64,000 nt of DNA from a virus (taxonomy: Duplodnaviria; Caudoviricetes): positions 8,472-72,471 of the IMG/VR virus record IMGVR_UViG_3300026088_000015; one strand, 5' to 3'. Positions within the stretch are counted from its first letter, which is position 1. Each line of letters begins with the position of its first letter. The position numbers and the translations under genes were made by a program. Shown piece by piece: positions 1-9,769 of this stretch. Under the pieces are notes generated by a model. The model ran no database searches and was not told the origin of the DNA. It was given only the letters and a program-made list of their open reading frames with translations.

Positions 1-2
1 AC

Positions 3-437
3 GGACCTATAGACTTTTATCCAAGCTATAGTGATACTCGTAGACACTTCGACTTCCAAGAAAGTTGGTCAGCCAGCGGCTCTACTAAGAAAGCCAAGGA
101 GCATCTTAACTTATTCCCCGATGTAGAGTTTAATGGATCAATAAAGGTTCCTTGCGTTAAGCTAGATACTTGGTATGCTTTTCATGCCTTCCCTCGTCCT
201 ATAGACTTCGCATGGGTAGACCTTAATGGATCAGAAGAAGATTTTATTTTAGGAGGGATAAATACACTCAGTAATCATACCAGATTCTTATACATAGAAT
301 TCAGCGATAAGGAATTGTATGAAGGACAGATTACCAAGAAGAAGATCCTGGAAATGCTTCCTAATTTTATTCTTATTGATATATTCAACTTGGGTGAGAA
401 CTTTGGAAATCTATTACTTAAAAATACCAAGATATGA
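3..437 (+). CDS. FkbM-family methyltransferase, C-terminal part (5' end outside window)
   Basis: Own translation, frame open from 3 to TGA 435-437: ...KVPCVKLDTWY...IDFAWVDLNGSEEDFILGG...FLYIEFSDKELYEGQ, matching the FkbM 'LD..IDFxxxDxxGxE..L.G...YxE..LYxGQ' pattern. The stop overlaps the next ATG (ATGA). Confidence 0.75.
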   Translation, partial: GPIDFYPSYSDTRRHFDFQESWSASGSTKKAKEHLNLFPDVEFNGSIKVPCVKLDTWYAFHAFPRPIDFAWVDLNGSEEDFILGGINTLSNHTRFLYIEFSDKELYEGQITKKKILEMLPNFILIDIFNLGENFGNLLLKNTKI

Positions 438-1021
438 ACTTCGAAGTAGTAGAAGAATTTGAGAAAAAGATAGCTGAGTTCTTTGGAGCTCCTTTCGCTG
501 TTATGACCGATAGCTGTACTCATGCAATAGAGTTATGTTTAAGATACAGGGAACAAGATCATATTTGCTGTCCGAATCATACATACCTATCGATCCCTAT
601 GTTAGCTAAAAAGCTAAATATAAAATTATCTTTTAACGATAGAGATTGGAATGATTACTATTGGTTGGATCATGAAATAATTGATGCTGCTGTTCTATGG
701 AAAAAAGATTCGTATTTACCTAATACATTTATGTGTGTCAGTTTTCAATATCAGAAACACTTAAGCTTGGGTCGAGGAGGAATTATTTTATGTGACAAGA
801 GAAATGATGCATTGCAACTTAAGAAGATGTCCTACGATGGAAGACTTCCTAATATTCCTTGGAGAGATCAAGATATTGATACAATGGGCTACCATTATTA
901 CGCCACGCCAGAAACCGCTGCACTAGGGCTACAGAAGCTTCCAGAGGCAATAGCAACAGAACCAAGAAAATGGTCAGTAGAAAACTGGCCCGACCTAACT
1001 AAGATGACAATTTTCAAATGA
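434..1021 (+). CDS. Compact DegT/DnrJ/EryC1/StrS-family PLP aminotransferase
   Basis: EEFEKKIAEFFGAPFAVMTDSCTHAIELCL N-terminus and SFQYQKHLSLGRGG PLP-lysine motif; only 195 aa. Confidence 0.8.
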   Translation: MNFEVVEEFEKKIAEFFGAPFAVMTDSCTHAIELCLRYREQDHICCPNHTYLSIPMLAKKLNIKLSFNDRDWNDYYWLDHEIIDAAVLWKKDSYLPNTFMCVSFQYQKHLSLGRGGIILCDKRNDALQLKKMSYDGRLPNIPWRDQDIDTMGYHYYATPETAALGLQKLPEAIATEPRKWSVENWPDLTKMTIFK

Positions 1022-1995
1022 AGAAAGTATTAATAACAGGCGCGGGGGGCCAAACGGCCTCGTATCTTGCTGAATATTTATTATCCCTTGGAGGGTTTAA
1101 AGTATTTGGAATGATACGAAGAAATAGCACTCCAGAGAACCAGGAGAACAGAATATCACATCTTGAAGATAGGATAACTACCTTCTACGGAGACCTTACT
1201 GATCCCGCTTCAATTGATATGATATTGAAAGCAATAAAGCCAGATTACATTTTTAATCTGGCGGCACAGTCCCATGTTCGTATTAGCTACGACATCCCAT
1301 CTTATACTGTCCAAGCTAATGCTCTTGGCGTTCTTAATTTATTAGAATCGATGCGCGTTAATTGTCCCAAGGCAAGGCTACTACAGGCGAGTAGTAGTGA
1401 AATGTTCGGAGATAGCGTAGATGAGGACGGATATCAAAGAGAGAGCACTCACATGACACCAGTCTCTCCTTATGGATGTAGTAAACTATTCGCTTACTCT
1501 TTAATTAGAAATTATCGCATAGCCTATAAGTTGCATCTCTGTAATTCCATCTGCTTTAACCACGAGTCTCCGCGCAGGGGATCAAATTTCGTTACCAATA
1601 AAGTAGTAAAGGCTGCAGTAAGAATTAAACTTGGCCTTCAGGATAAGTTGGAACTTGGCAATATGGATAGTTACCGGGACTGGGGACATGCTAAAGACTA
1701 TGTAAAAGCTATGTTGATGATTATTATCCAGGAAGAACCTTCTGATTACGTGGTATCTACCGGGGAAACCCGATCAGTAAGAGAGATGTGCGATTATGTT
1801 TTTAGCAAACTAGATCTTGATTACACCAACTACGTAGTGCAGAATCCTAAATTCCTGCGACCTCAAGAACTTCCATATCTAAAGGGAGACTCCAGCAGGA
1901 TAAGAAGAAAAGGATGGAAGCCTACTTACACCTTCGAGACCATGCTAGATGAGATGATAGGTTACTGGGAATCAGTGTATAAAGAAAAACTTTAA
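1018..1995 (+). CDS. gmd: GDP-mannose 4,6-dehydratase
   Basis: LITGAGGQ, NLAAQSHVRISY, QASSSEMFG, SPYGCSKL, FNHESPRRG, RDWGHAKDYV motifs. Confidence 0.95.
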   Translation: MKKVLITGAGGQTASYLAEYLLSLGGFKVFGMIRRNSTPENQENRISHLEDRITTFYGDLTDPASIDMILKAIKPDYIFNLAAQSHVRISYDIPSYTVQANALGVLNLLESMRVNCPKARLLQASSSEMFGDSVDEDGYQRESTHMTPVSPYGCSKLFAYSLIRNYRIAYKLHLCNSICFNHESPRRGSNFVTNKVVKAAVRIKLGLQDKLELGNMDSYRDWGHAKDYVKAMLMIIIQEEPSDYVVSTGETRSVREMCDYVFSKLDLDYTNYVVQNPKFLRPQELPYLKGDSSRIRRKGWKPTYTFETMLDEMIGYWESVYKEKL

Positions 1996-2001
1996 GTCTT
2001 T

Positions 2002-2032
2002 ATTGTTTTATTGAATTATTATTGTACCTTTG
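2002..2032 (+). promoter_or_regulatory. Bacteroidota-type promoter (-7 TACCTTTG) with phage-repeated upstream element
   Basis: TACCTTTG at 2025-2032, ATTG 19 nt upstream; TTTTATTGAATTATTATTGT is shared (1 mismatch) with the sites at 16544 and 56571. Confidence 0.7.
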
Positions 2033-2039
2033 AAATACA

Positions 2040-2342
2040 ATGAAGAAATTGTATAATCAAGGCAAGAGTATATTGATAGATCCATCCAATGTAGAGGTAT
2101 GGAGAATGGTTGGGTTTGTGATTCTTTTATTGCTGTCAGTTACAGTAACGCTCACTTGGTTCGCGCATGAAATCATAAAAATTATTTACGATCAGAACGG
2201 GGATGGATTCAAAATTCTCATGAACTATATAGGCACCTTATGCTATGTAGTGGTAATAACATGCCTGATTGTTTATGGGAATATTAAGATTTATCGGATG
2301 GTGAAGTATAACTTAATTAAATTCAAGAAAAATATACATTAA
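2040..2342 (+). CDS. Small two-TM membrane protein
   Basis: Two long hydrophobic stretches; directly after the promoter. Confidence 0.6.
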   Translation: MKKLYNQGKSILIDPSNVEVWRMVGFVILLLLSVTVTLTWFAHEIIKIIYDQNGDGFKILMNYIGTLCYVVVITCLIVYGNIKIYRMVKYNLIKFKKNIH

Positions 2343-2343
2343 T

Positions 2344-3075
2344 ATGTCAACAGAAATAGCAAAAAAAGATCCCATTACTACCGCTTCTAAAGATTTGAAT
2401 ACCAGCGTAGCGTCAGTGCTTACTGCCGATGGCTTATTTGGTTTTGAGAAGGCTCATCTTATCTCTACTGCAATAGTAGAGCTAAAGAAGAATCTAACCC
2501 CCGAGTACATGAAAAACATCATGGCCATGCAGGGGAATAAGCTTGGTTTTCGGACCGACAAGGATGACAAAGGTGGTTATCCGGAAGATGTAGTTAAGAA
2601 CTGTCTTATTGAGGCGGTGCTTACTGGGGTACAACCTCACAGTAACCAGTTTAATATTATTGCTGGTAACATGTATATCACCAAAGAAGGTGCTGGACAC
2701 TTACTGAAGAACATCAAAGGATTGAAGTACGACATCGTACCAGGGTTGCCCCATGTGAATAGCGACAAGAGTAGTGCTGCTATTACTATGAAGATATCAT
2801 GGACCTACAATGGTGAGTCCCAAGAGAAAGAAATCCCGATCCCGGTTAAAATGAATGCTTACATGGGTCTTGATGCGGTGATCGGAAAAGCTACCCGTAA
2901 GGCACGTGTATGGTTGTTTAATACTATCAATGGTACTGAAATCATGGATGGAGACGCTGGAGAGACAAGAGACATATCTCATACAGTGGTGGATAATGAA
3001 GATAAGAAAGAGCAGGCCAAGGCTAATGTAGGCAATCTATTCGGAGATAAAAATCCTGCTGGAGAAGCTAAATAA
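2344..3075 (+). CDS. Probable single-strand annealing protein (RecT/Red-beta-like)
   Basis: Coupled to a YqaJ-like exonuclease; LIEAVLTGVQP..NQFNIIAGNMYITKEG core and acidic tail. Confidence 0.6.
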   Translation: MSTEIAKKDPITTASKDLNTSVASVLTADGLFGFEKAHLISTAIVELKKNLTPEYMKNIMAMQGNKLGFRTDKDDKGGYPEDVVKNCLIEAVLTGVQPHSNQFNIIAGNMYITKEGAGHLLKNIKGLKYDIVPGLPHVNSDKSSAAITMKISWTYNGESQEKEIPIPVKMNAYMGLDAVIGKATRKARVWLFNTINGTEIMDGDAGETRDISHTVVDNEDKKEQAKANVGNLFGDKNPAGEAK

Positions 3076-3755
3076 TGGGATTCTTTGATGATAACGAAGA
3101 GTGGAAGAAACAGAGACTAGGCAAGTTTACCGCTAGTCGGATCAATGATCTCAATCAGGTAAGCAAGAAGAAGGGGAAGATTTTCGGAGTAACCGCTATG
3201 AACTATATCCGGGAAATTCGAGGAGAGATTGTTTGCCTTGAATCGGCTTATGATCTTACTGGAATACCATCGGCTGAGCACGGCCACATGTACGAAGGAG
3301 AAGCGATAGAGGCCTTTTGTGCCGAAACAGGGTTCCACGTGGAACATTTTGGGAATAATAATCCTAAATTCTTTCTTCATCCTACATTTCCACAGTTCTC
3401 AGGAGCTAGTCCTGATGGGATGGAGGTAAATAAGGATTTTGGAGTTGAAGTTAAGTGTCTCCAGTGGAAAAAGCATGATATGTGTCTTGAGATAGTGGAT
3501 AACACTTCCTTTGAAGAGATAGAAGAAGATTTCTATGGTCAAATACAATGGAACATGCTATGTTCTAGAGTCCATAATTGGAAAGCTATTTTCTATCATC
3601 CAGCAGCGAAGCTAGAAGAGTTTAAATTACATTGGCTAGACGTGACATACGATCAGAATTACATTGACAAGACCAATATTCGCCTTGAATTAGCTATCGA
3701 AGAGCTTACTTCTGGAGTATATGGAAAAAGGTTTGAAAAATACATTAAATCATGA
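3075..3755 (+). CDS. YqaJ/lambda-exonuclease-like recombinase nuclease
   Basis: WKKQRLGKFTASRI, HGHMYEGEA, GASPDG, VEVKC, YGQIQWNM motifs. Confidence 0.9.
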   Translation: MGFFDDNEEWKKQRLGKFTASRINDLNQVSKKKGKIFGVTAMNYIREIRGEIVCLESAYDLTGIPSAEHGHMYEGEAIEAFCAETGFHVEHFGNNNPKFFLHPTFPQFSGASPDGMEVNKDFGVEVKCLQWKKHDMCLEIVDNTSFEEIEEDFYGQIQWNMLCSRVHNWKAIFYHPAAKLEEFKLHWLDVTYDQNYIDKTNIRLELAIEELTSGVYGKRFEKYIKS

Positions 3756-3943
3756 ACATTTACAAGATCAACACACGCGAAGGAGCGGTCATTTTCCAAA
3801 AGGGGACAAGTGAAGACTCTGCTATTTATAAAGCTGACCTATCCTGGTCACAAATAGAAGAAAATGGAATAAGGAAACTCGATGCTGAAGAACAAGAGAT
3901 GTATCGGGAATGGGAAGAAAAACAGGAGGCAGAGAATGAATAA
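3752..3943 (+). CDS. Hypothetical protein
   Basis: ATGA-coupled ORF in operon. Confidence 0.6.
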   Translation: MNIYKINTREGAVIFQKGTSEDSAIYKADLSWSQIEENGIRKLDAEEQEMYREWEEKQEAENE

Positions 3944-4176
3944 TATATGATTTAGAATACTACAAGCATTTTATAAGTAAATTTGGGTCCATGGAGATAA
4001 GAGTATCTTTTGCCGGAACTTTGAAGACACTGCATCATAAATATAGTTTACCCAGATCTTTCTATAAGGGCTATAGTTTGATAAACTGCTCCATGGAGTA
4101 AGGAAGGTTGTTGATTATCCTTCCCAAGTCATTGGCAGAATGCGTGTAAGGCTTAATTTTAAAACGAAATATAGAT

Positions 4177-4730
<554 letters not shown>

Positions 4731-4863
4731 GCGTAGCTCGAAAATATTTTAACTATGGAACATCTTCATCCAGCAGCCCAGGTGGTTGCAATAATATGTA
4801 TTGCAGTATGTGTGTTAGGAGTATTATGGTTAATGAGTAAGGGAGTAGAGTAATTATATAGAA

Positions 4864-5115
4864 ATGAAAAACATAACCCATAAAAACCGCTTCCCCGGAG
4901 TAGACATAACCATCTTTGCCCAAAACCTCTCCACCATCATCCGCGCAAAGAGATGGAGCAAAAAGGAAGCAGCTATCGTCTTCGGGTATCCAAATACCCA
5001 CCGCCTATATGATCTTACTGCAGGGAATCAATATCCTCAACTAGAAGAACTAATTCAAATGTCAAACATCCTAGAGATATCAATAGATACTCTGGTTAAA
5101 CAAAGGTTAAAATAA
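4864..5115 (+). CDS. XRE-like helix-turn-helix regulator
   Basis: FAQNL..I...WSKKEAA..FG....G..YPQLEELIQMSNILEISIDTLV. Confidence 0.75.
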   Translation: MKNITHKNRFPGVDITIFAQNLSTIIRAKRWSKKEAAIVFGYPNTHRLYDLTAGNQYPQLEELIQMSNILEISIDTLVKQRLK

Positions 5116-5116
5116 C

Positions 5117-6400
5117 ATGAATCAAGAAACAACTCAAAAATCTGAATTAGCCCTGATCGTAGAATCCAGCGGACTAGAAAAAACTAAAGCTCAAATACTC
5201 CTTGATAAATTCACAGGGTACTTTGAAATAGCTGCTGAATGGGAACGCAAGACCAAAGAACTTGTCATTACCGACATTTCCCAGAAAGCTGAAATGAAGA
5301 TGGCCCGGGAAGCACGCTTGTTTCTCAAAGAGAAACGTGTAGAGGTAGAAAAGACCAGAAAATTCCTCAAGGATGACTCCCTACGTGAAGGGCAGACAAT
5401 CGATGCCATAGCCAAAGTTCTCAAGAACCTTATCGAACCCATTGAAACACAACTGGAGCAGAAAGAAAAGTTCGCGGAGATCCAGGAAGCCAACAGAAAA
5501 GAAGCACTAAGACAAGAACGGGCGGCAACATTGGAAAAAATGGGTGACTATGCCATCACTTCATTCCGTATGAGCACTCTTAATCTAGGGGAAATATCCC
5601 AAGACGAATTTGATGCCTTCAAGAATCAGATCGAAGTTGACATAATGAAGCTTGAGCAACTTGCTCAGAAAGATGAGGAAGAAAGACTCGCCAAAGAACA
5701 AGCTGAGCTCCAGGAAAGAGAACGCATTAGACTGGAGAACGAAGCACTCAAAAAAGAAGCTGAAGAGAAACAACGTCTCCATGATGAGCAAGTGAAGAAA
5801 ATGGAAGCCGAAAAGGCCGCCCTTGAAGAACAAGCTCGTATCCTTGCCGCAGAAGCCAAAAAGAAACAAGAGGAAGAACTCGACAAACAAAAGAAACGTG
5901 AAGCAAGACTTACTATACTCATAACGATCGGTGCTCAGGACAAAATCGAAGCTCTGGACATGTCAGACGCAGAATGGACCACTTTCTATAACGACCTCTT
6001 CCAAAAACACCAGGAAGAAGTTAAAAGGAGCGAAGCTCAAAAAATTGCACAAAAAGCCGAAGCCGATCGCATAGCATTCGAAAACGCAGAAAAGCTCCGC
6101 ATCGAAACAGAACAACGTCAAAAACTCGAAGCTGAACTTCTCGCCAAGAAACTTGCCGAAGAAAAGGCCATAAAAGACACTCAGGAGAAAGAAGCAGCAG
6201 AAGCTAAGGCTAAGATAGCTGAAGAAAAGAAAGCTGCCAGACAGCCCGATAAGCTTAAAATAGTCAACTTCGCCAATCTATTGGATAGAATAGAAATCCC
6301 AACAGCATCTTCTGAAGAAGGACAAGCGATACTTTCTTCCTCAAAAGACCTCCTAACTAAGATATCCAAGTTCCTTAGAGAGAAAAGCGATACGTTATGA
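5117..6400 (+). CDS. Long coiled-coil phage protein
   Basis: 427 aa, E/K/A-rich heptads. Confidence 0.7.
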   Translation: MNQETTQKSELALIVESSGLEKTKAQILLDKFTGYFEIAAEWERKTKELVITDISQKAEMKMAREARLFLKEKRVEVEKTRKFLKDDSLREGQTIDAIAKVLKNLIEPIETQLEQKEKFAEIQEANRKEALRQERAATLEKMGDYAITSFRMSTLNLGEISQDEFDAFKNQIEVDIMKLEQLAQKDEEERLAKEQAELQERERIRLENEALKKEAEEKQRLHDEQVKKMEAEKAALEEQARILAAEAKKKQEEELDKQKKREARLTILITIGAQDKIEALDMSDAEWTTFYNDLFQKHQEEVKRSEAQKIAQKAEADRIAFENAEKLRIETEQRQKLEAELLAKKLAEEKAIKDTQEKEAAEAKAKIAEEKKAARQPDKLKIVNFANLLDRIEIPTASSEEGQAILSSSKDLLTKISKFLREKSDTL

Positions 6401-6765
6401 CCTTTGAGCTACAACGACTACAAAACAGGGTGTTAAAACTTAAGACAATTCGAATAAAAGAATTAGCCTTACGGTACCACCCCAGGTTTACTCCTAACCA
6501 AAGAGCAGCAGGAGACGATGTGTTTCTGTGTGACTGCTGTAGGATCAAAAGCAGCATTTCTCATATTATAGACCCAAATAACGCCAGTGAACCAGATTTA
6601 AATGTCTGCAATCACTGCCACATGATGATATATAAGATCTGGAATAAACACGATATAAAGCCAGCCTTGAATAAAGAGTTCAGTAAAATAAAGTATCAGA
6701 ATCAAATGAATTGGTTTGAAAAGATGTTAGTCAAAATAAAAAAAAGAAGGAAGTGTGATGTCTAG
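6397..6765 (+). CDS. Hypothetical Zn-finger-like protein
   Basis: CDCC...CNHCH; ATGA coupling. Confidence 0.55.
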   Translation: MTFELQRLQNRVLKLKTIRIKELALRYHPRFTPNQRAAGDDVFLCDCCRIKSSISHIIDPNNASEPDLNVCNHCHMMIYKIWNKHDIKPALNKEFSKIKYQNQMNWFEKMLVKIKKRRKCDV

Positions 6766-7223
6766 GAGAACCAACCTGTATACACACCCCCGGTATGTCC
6801 CTGTTTTTAAAACGGGATTTGACAGACCATTGGGGTCGAAATACGGGGATTCTCGCCCAAGATAAGCAACCGATAAAGCAAATGACTGACATACAACAAC
6901 ATAAAGCAAATAAAGCATTTCCGTATAATATACTCAATATTATACGATCATTAGAATTGTGCCTCTTTGCGCTCTGTTTTAAAGGTTTTAAATGTAGTGA
7001 AAGTGAGCGTTCTTGGAAATGTTATACTAATTCGGATATACCCTCGGGATATTTCGCACTATTTAACGGGAAAGTTCTATTTAACATAACGTTATTTCGT
7101 TATTGTTTTGTTATTCAAAGCTTTATATTAGCGTTTGCCTTCTTTAAAAGAAGTAGCCACGCATTTGTTTCACCTTTTGCTTACAATTTTAAACATTGCT
7201 AATAATAATCTTAGGTAGTTTTT

Positions 7224-7391
7224 ATGGATATAAACGACATTAGAATAGCAAAGATCTTAATATCAATGAGTTTGCTAGGTATTTTATCAATATGGGCATT
7301 ACGATCCGGATTATTGAGTGACTCTGAGGTTATATGGATAACAGGGCTGTTGGGTTATTGGATCGGTACATATAGCAATAGAAAGCAATAG
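7224..7391 (+). CDS. Small two-TM protein (55 aa, not in ORF track)
   Basis: Own translation MDINDIRIAKILISMSLLGILSIWALRSGLLSDSEVIWITGLLGYWIGTYSNRKQ; stops 1 nt before the next ATG. Confidence 0.55.
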   Translation: MDINDIRIAKILISMSLLGILSIWALRSGLLSDSEVIWITGLLGYWIGTYSNRKQ

Positions 7392-7392
7392 G

Positions 7393-7944
7393 ATGCCCGT
7401 ATTAGAACCATCACGTAATAAGAAGAGGGATAAGAAGGCAGGAGTTTGTCCTCTCTCTAATGGCTCTGAATTGCTTCGTTTCATGGCATATCAAAAACAA
7501 GTGCATAAATTCAGTAAGAAACACTATCATTTGAATTTCTACGAGGTCATTATCTTGTCTATTGTTTCGTGCATAAATGCAGAGGAGGGTAATAAAGGGG
7601 CTTCAATGCAGGATATTACACATTACATGAGTTGGGATGAGTCAAGACGGGGGCGATTCTTTTTAGCTCGGTTGTGTTTGGAAGGCTGGTTGATTGATCT
7701 TAACGCCCTAACGGGGCACACCCCCCATAAGTATAAGCTTGTACTGTCTCTTAAGTGTACTGAGGCAATGAAAGCTATTGAAAGGCATTGTGAAGTGTTG
7801 TTATCGGCTAAGCCCCCCAAGAGGGTGGGTAAGTATGTCTCCCCCAGGAAGCCGGGGAACTCGGGGTTATTAACAGGGTATTTAAGAGGTAAGAAGAAAC
7901 CAAAGGGCTTTGATGATGGGATAGAGTTTGTGGGGCATAGTTAA
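7393..7944 (+). CDS. Possible winged-helix DNA-binding protein
   Basis: LNFYEVIILSIV...ASMQDITHYM...LARLCLEGWL MarR-like layout. Confidence 0.5.
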   Translation: MPVLEPSRNKKRDKKAGVCPLSNGSELLRFMAYQKQVHKFSKKHYHLNFYEVIILSIVSCINAEEGNKGASMQDITHYMSWDESRRGRFFLARLCLEGWLIDLNALTGHTPHKYKLVLSLKCTEAMKAIERHCEVLLSAKPPKRVGKYVSPRKPGNSGLLTGYLRGKKKPKGFDDGIEFVGHS

Positions 7945-7979
7945 AATAGTATTTAGACTGATTATAAACAAACATATTT

Positions 7980-8174
7980 ATGGGGATAACATACAGTAGT
8001 GACCAAGACGGGAAAGGCTTTTTAACTAGAGCAGAATTTGAGGCAGAAATGTTGATAATCAATAAACAGACCCGTGAGGTTATGATTGACCTGTTGCGCA
8101 AATGCATAGACCCTCCTTTCATATTAGAGGGAGGATTTAAGGGCAAATGGAAGTCTGATATTAAGGATGAGTAA
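7980..8174 (+). CDS. Hypothetical protein
   Basis: ORF track, AT-rich leader. Confidence 0.5.
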   Translation: MGITYSSDQDGKGFLTRAEFEAEMLIINKQTREVMIDLLRKCIDPPFILEGGFKGKWKSDIKDE

Positions 8175-8547
8175 AGAATGTACAGGCACTATTAGGCTTG
8201 TCTAATTTATATATGACTTCAACCTGCATGGAAAAATCTTCAGCGGTTCCCGTTATAGCGTCCCTGTGTTCTGGTGCTAGAAGGTATCCATCAAATGCCT
8301 TAACAATGATATTGGTTACTGTCATTGCGTTTTCAGCTTCATTATAAATACTACCAACTTTTAAAGGCTTAGAGCCAATAAGTTTTCTTAAAAAGGCATG
8401 CTCTGTAATACATACGGTGTTTTCCTGATGACTAATAAATACAAATATTGTTCCGGCCATAAAAATAGGGTTAAGTGATTCCCAATATAGCAAAAATGAG
8501 TAAATTACATATATGAAAAAGCCTGCTAAAAAAGCCACTAAGCCCAA
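8161..8547 (-). CDS. Hypothetical protein (start uncertain, possibly MAGTIF)
   Basis: ORF track; fills an otherwise empty interval. Confidence 0.4.
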   Translation of the reverse strand: MGLVAFLAGFFIYVIYSFLLYWESLNPIFMAGTIFVFISHQENTVCITEHAFLRKLIGSKPLKVGSIYNEAENAMTVTNIIVKAFDGYLLAPEHRDAITGTAEDFSMQVEVIYKLDKPNSACTFFTHP

Positions 8548-8632
8548 AGAAAAGCCCTTAAATGTGAATGCTACCTTTGATCAGTTAATGAAATTAGTGG
8601 CTGAGCACAAGCCAAAGAAAAGCCCCAAATGA
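8513..8632 (+). CDS. 39-aa basic peptide (not in ORF track)
   Basis: Own translation MKKPAKKATKPKEKPLNVNATFDQLMKLVAEHKPKKSPK; ends in a hairpin. Confidence 0.5.
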   Translation: MKKPAKKATKPKEKPLNVNATFDQLMKLVAEHKPKKSPK

Positions 8633-8645
8633 ATGGGGCTTTAAA
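8618..8645. terminator. Bidirectional hairpin terminator
   Basis: AAAGCCCCA-aatgaa-TGGGGCTTT between convergent ORFs. Confidence 0.7.
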
Positions 8646-8648
8646 ATT

Positions 8649-9500
8649 TTAGTAACTGAAATACTTTGAACTTATATCAGTCCCTCGATCAATAGAAGTC
8701 ACTCCGCTTGGTCTGCCATTAATGTCAAATCCATAAGTATAGGTCGTATTATATGGAGAAGTAAACAAATGATAATCTCTCTTTTTTATTAATTTAGGAA
8801 ATTGTCTCCCAAAATATCCTTTAAACATTTGAGCTATATTTAAGGATGTCATCATATTGCCAAGTGCAACATTGTATATATTATATCCTACTATAAAATT
8901 CATAGCATTATATATACCCACTTGGTCAAGTGTATCATAATATGTAAACGTTCCACTATATGACCCACTACCTGATCCTTCATTATAATTCGTATAATTA
9001 TATCCTACCGTCAAATTCCCTATTACACTATAATTAGTCCCTAAATGATAATTGACTATGGGCCCCGAAACTGGCATACACTTTATCTTTGAATCAGTGG
9101 CCACGATGATTCTATTTACATTGTAAGTTATAGTAGTGGTATCCCAAGTCCTATCCCCAGTATTAGGAGTATTCCCATCATATCCATATATTTCATAAAG
9201 ATCCCCATAACTATTCACGCGCCCTATAGTATCATCATATTCAGGATGATCTTGATAAGAAGTGATTAAATAGGAATTGACTATATTGATGTTAATAACT
9301 AATGGAGTTGATCCTCCGGTATCAATAGAACAGGTAGTTATACGTCCCTGATCTGTAGTGCACATTACAGTAAATTCATTATTGTAATTAATTTGCTTAA
9401 TCCAATAAGAAATATTTGAATTAATAGGTGCTGGGTCAGAATCTTTAGAAGTTCCACAGCCCATTAATAACACCAATGCAATGAATAGTCCAGTCTTCAT
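8649..9500 (-). CDS. Predicted outer-membrane lipoprotein (moron-like)
   Basis: MKTGLFIALVLLMGC lipobox, S/D/P linker, then Y/T/N-rich beta-strand body. Confidence 0.7.
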   Translation of the reverse strand: MKTGLFIALVLLMGCGTSKDSDPAPINSNISYWIKQINYNNEFTVMCTTDQGRITTCSIDTGGSTPLVININIVNSYLITSYQDHPEYDDTIGRVNSYGDLYEIYGYDGNTPNTGDRTWDTTTITYNVNRIIVATDSKIKCMPVSGPIVNYHLGTNYSVIGNLTVGYNYTNYNEGSGSGSYSGTFTYYDTLDQVGIYNAMNFIVGYNIYNVALGNMMTSLNIAQMFKGYFGRQFPKLIKKRDYHLFTSPYNTTYTYGFDINGRPSGVTSIDRGTDISSKYFSY

Positions 9501-9769
9501 TTTTTAGTTGTTTGTCCGCTGTACCAGGACGGGGTGAGTATATAAAAATTGCGTGGTACTCAGCCGTTTCGTATTCAGAGGTACGACCAAGCACCTATAC
9601 ACGGAAACAGACCAAGCCCACGCTTGCGTGTGCCATGTATCTGAATCCCGTGTATCTTTTAAATTTGGTCGTTTAGTGAATACGGATTCCGACTATCGCA
9701 ATTTTTTTAAGTATTTTCTATATCTTCAAATTCTGTTATTGATTTGTTATTGTAAATATAAGAATTTTT

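Noticed and set aside
6795-7202. 135-aa ORF
   Set aside because: Runs through promoter-like AT-rich sequence and the skew pivot; low-complexity F/L/C translation
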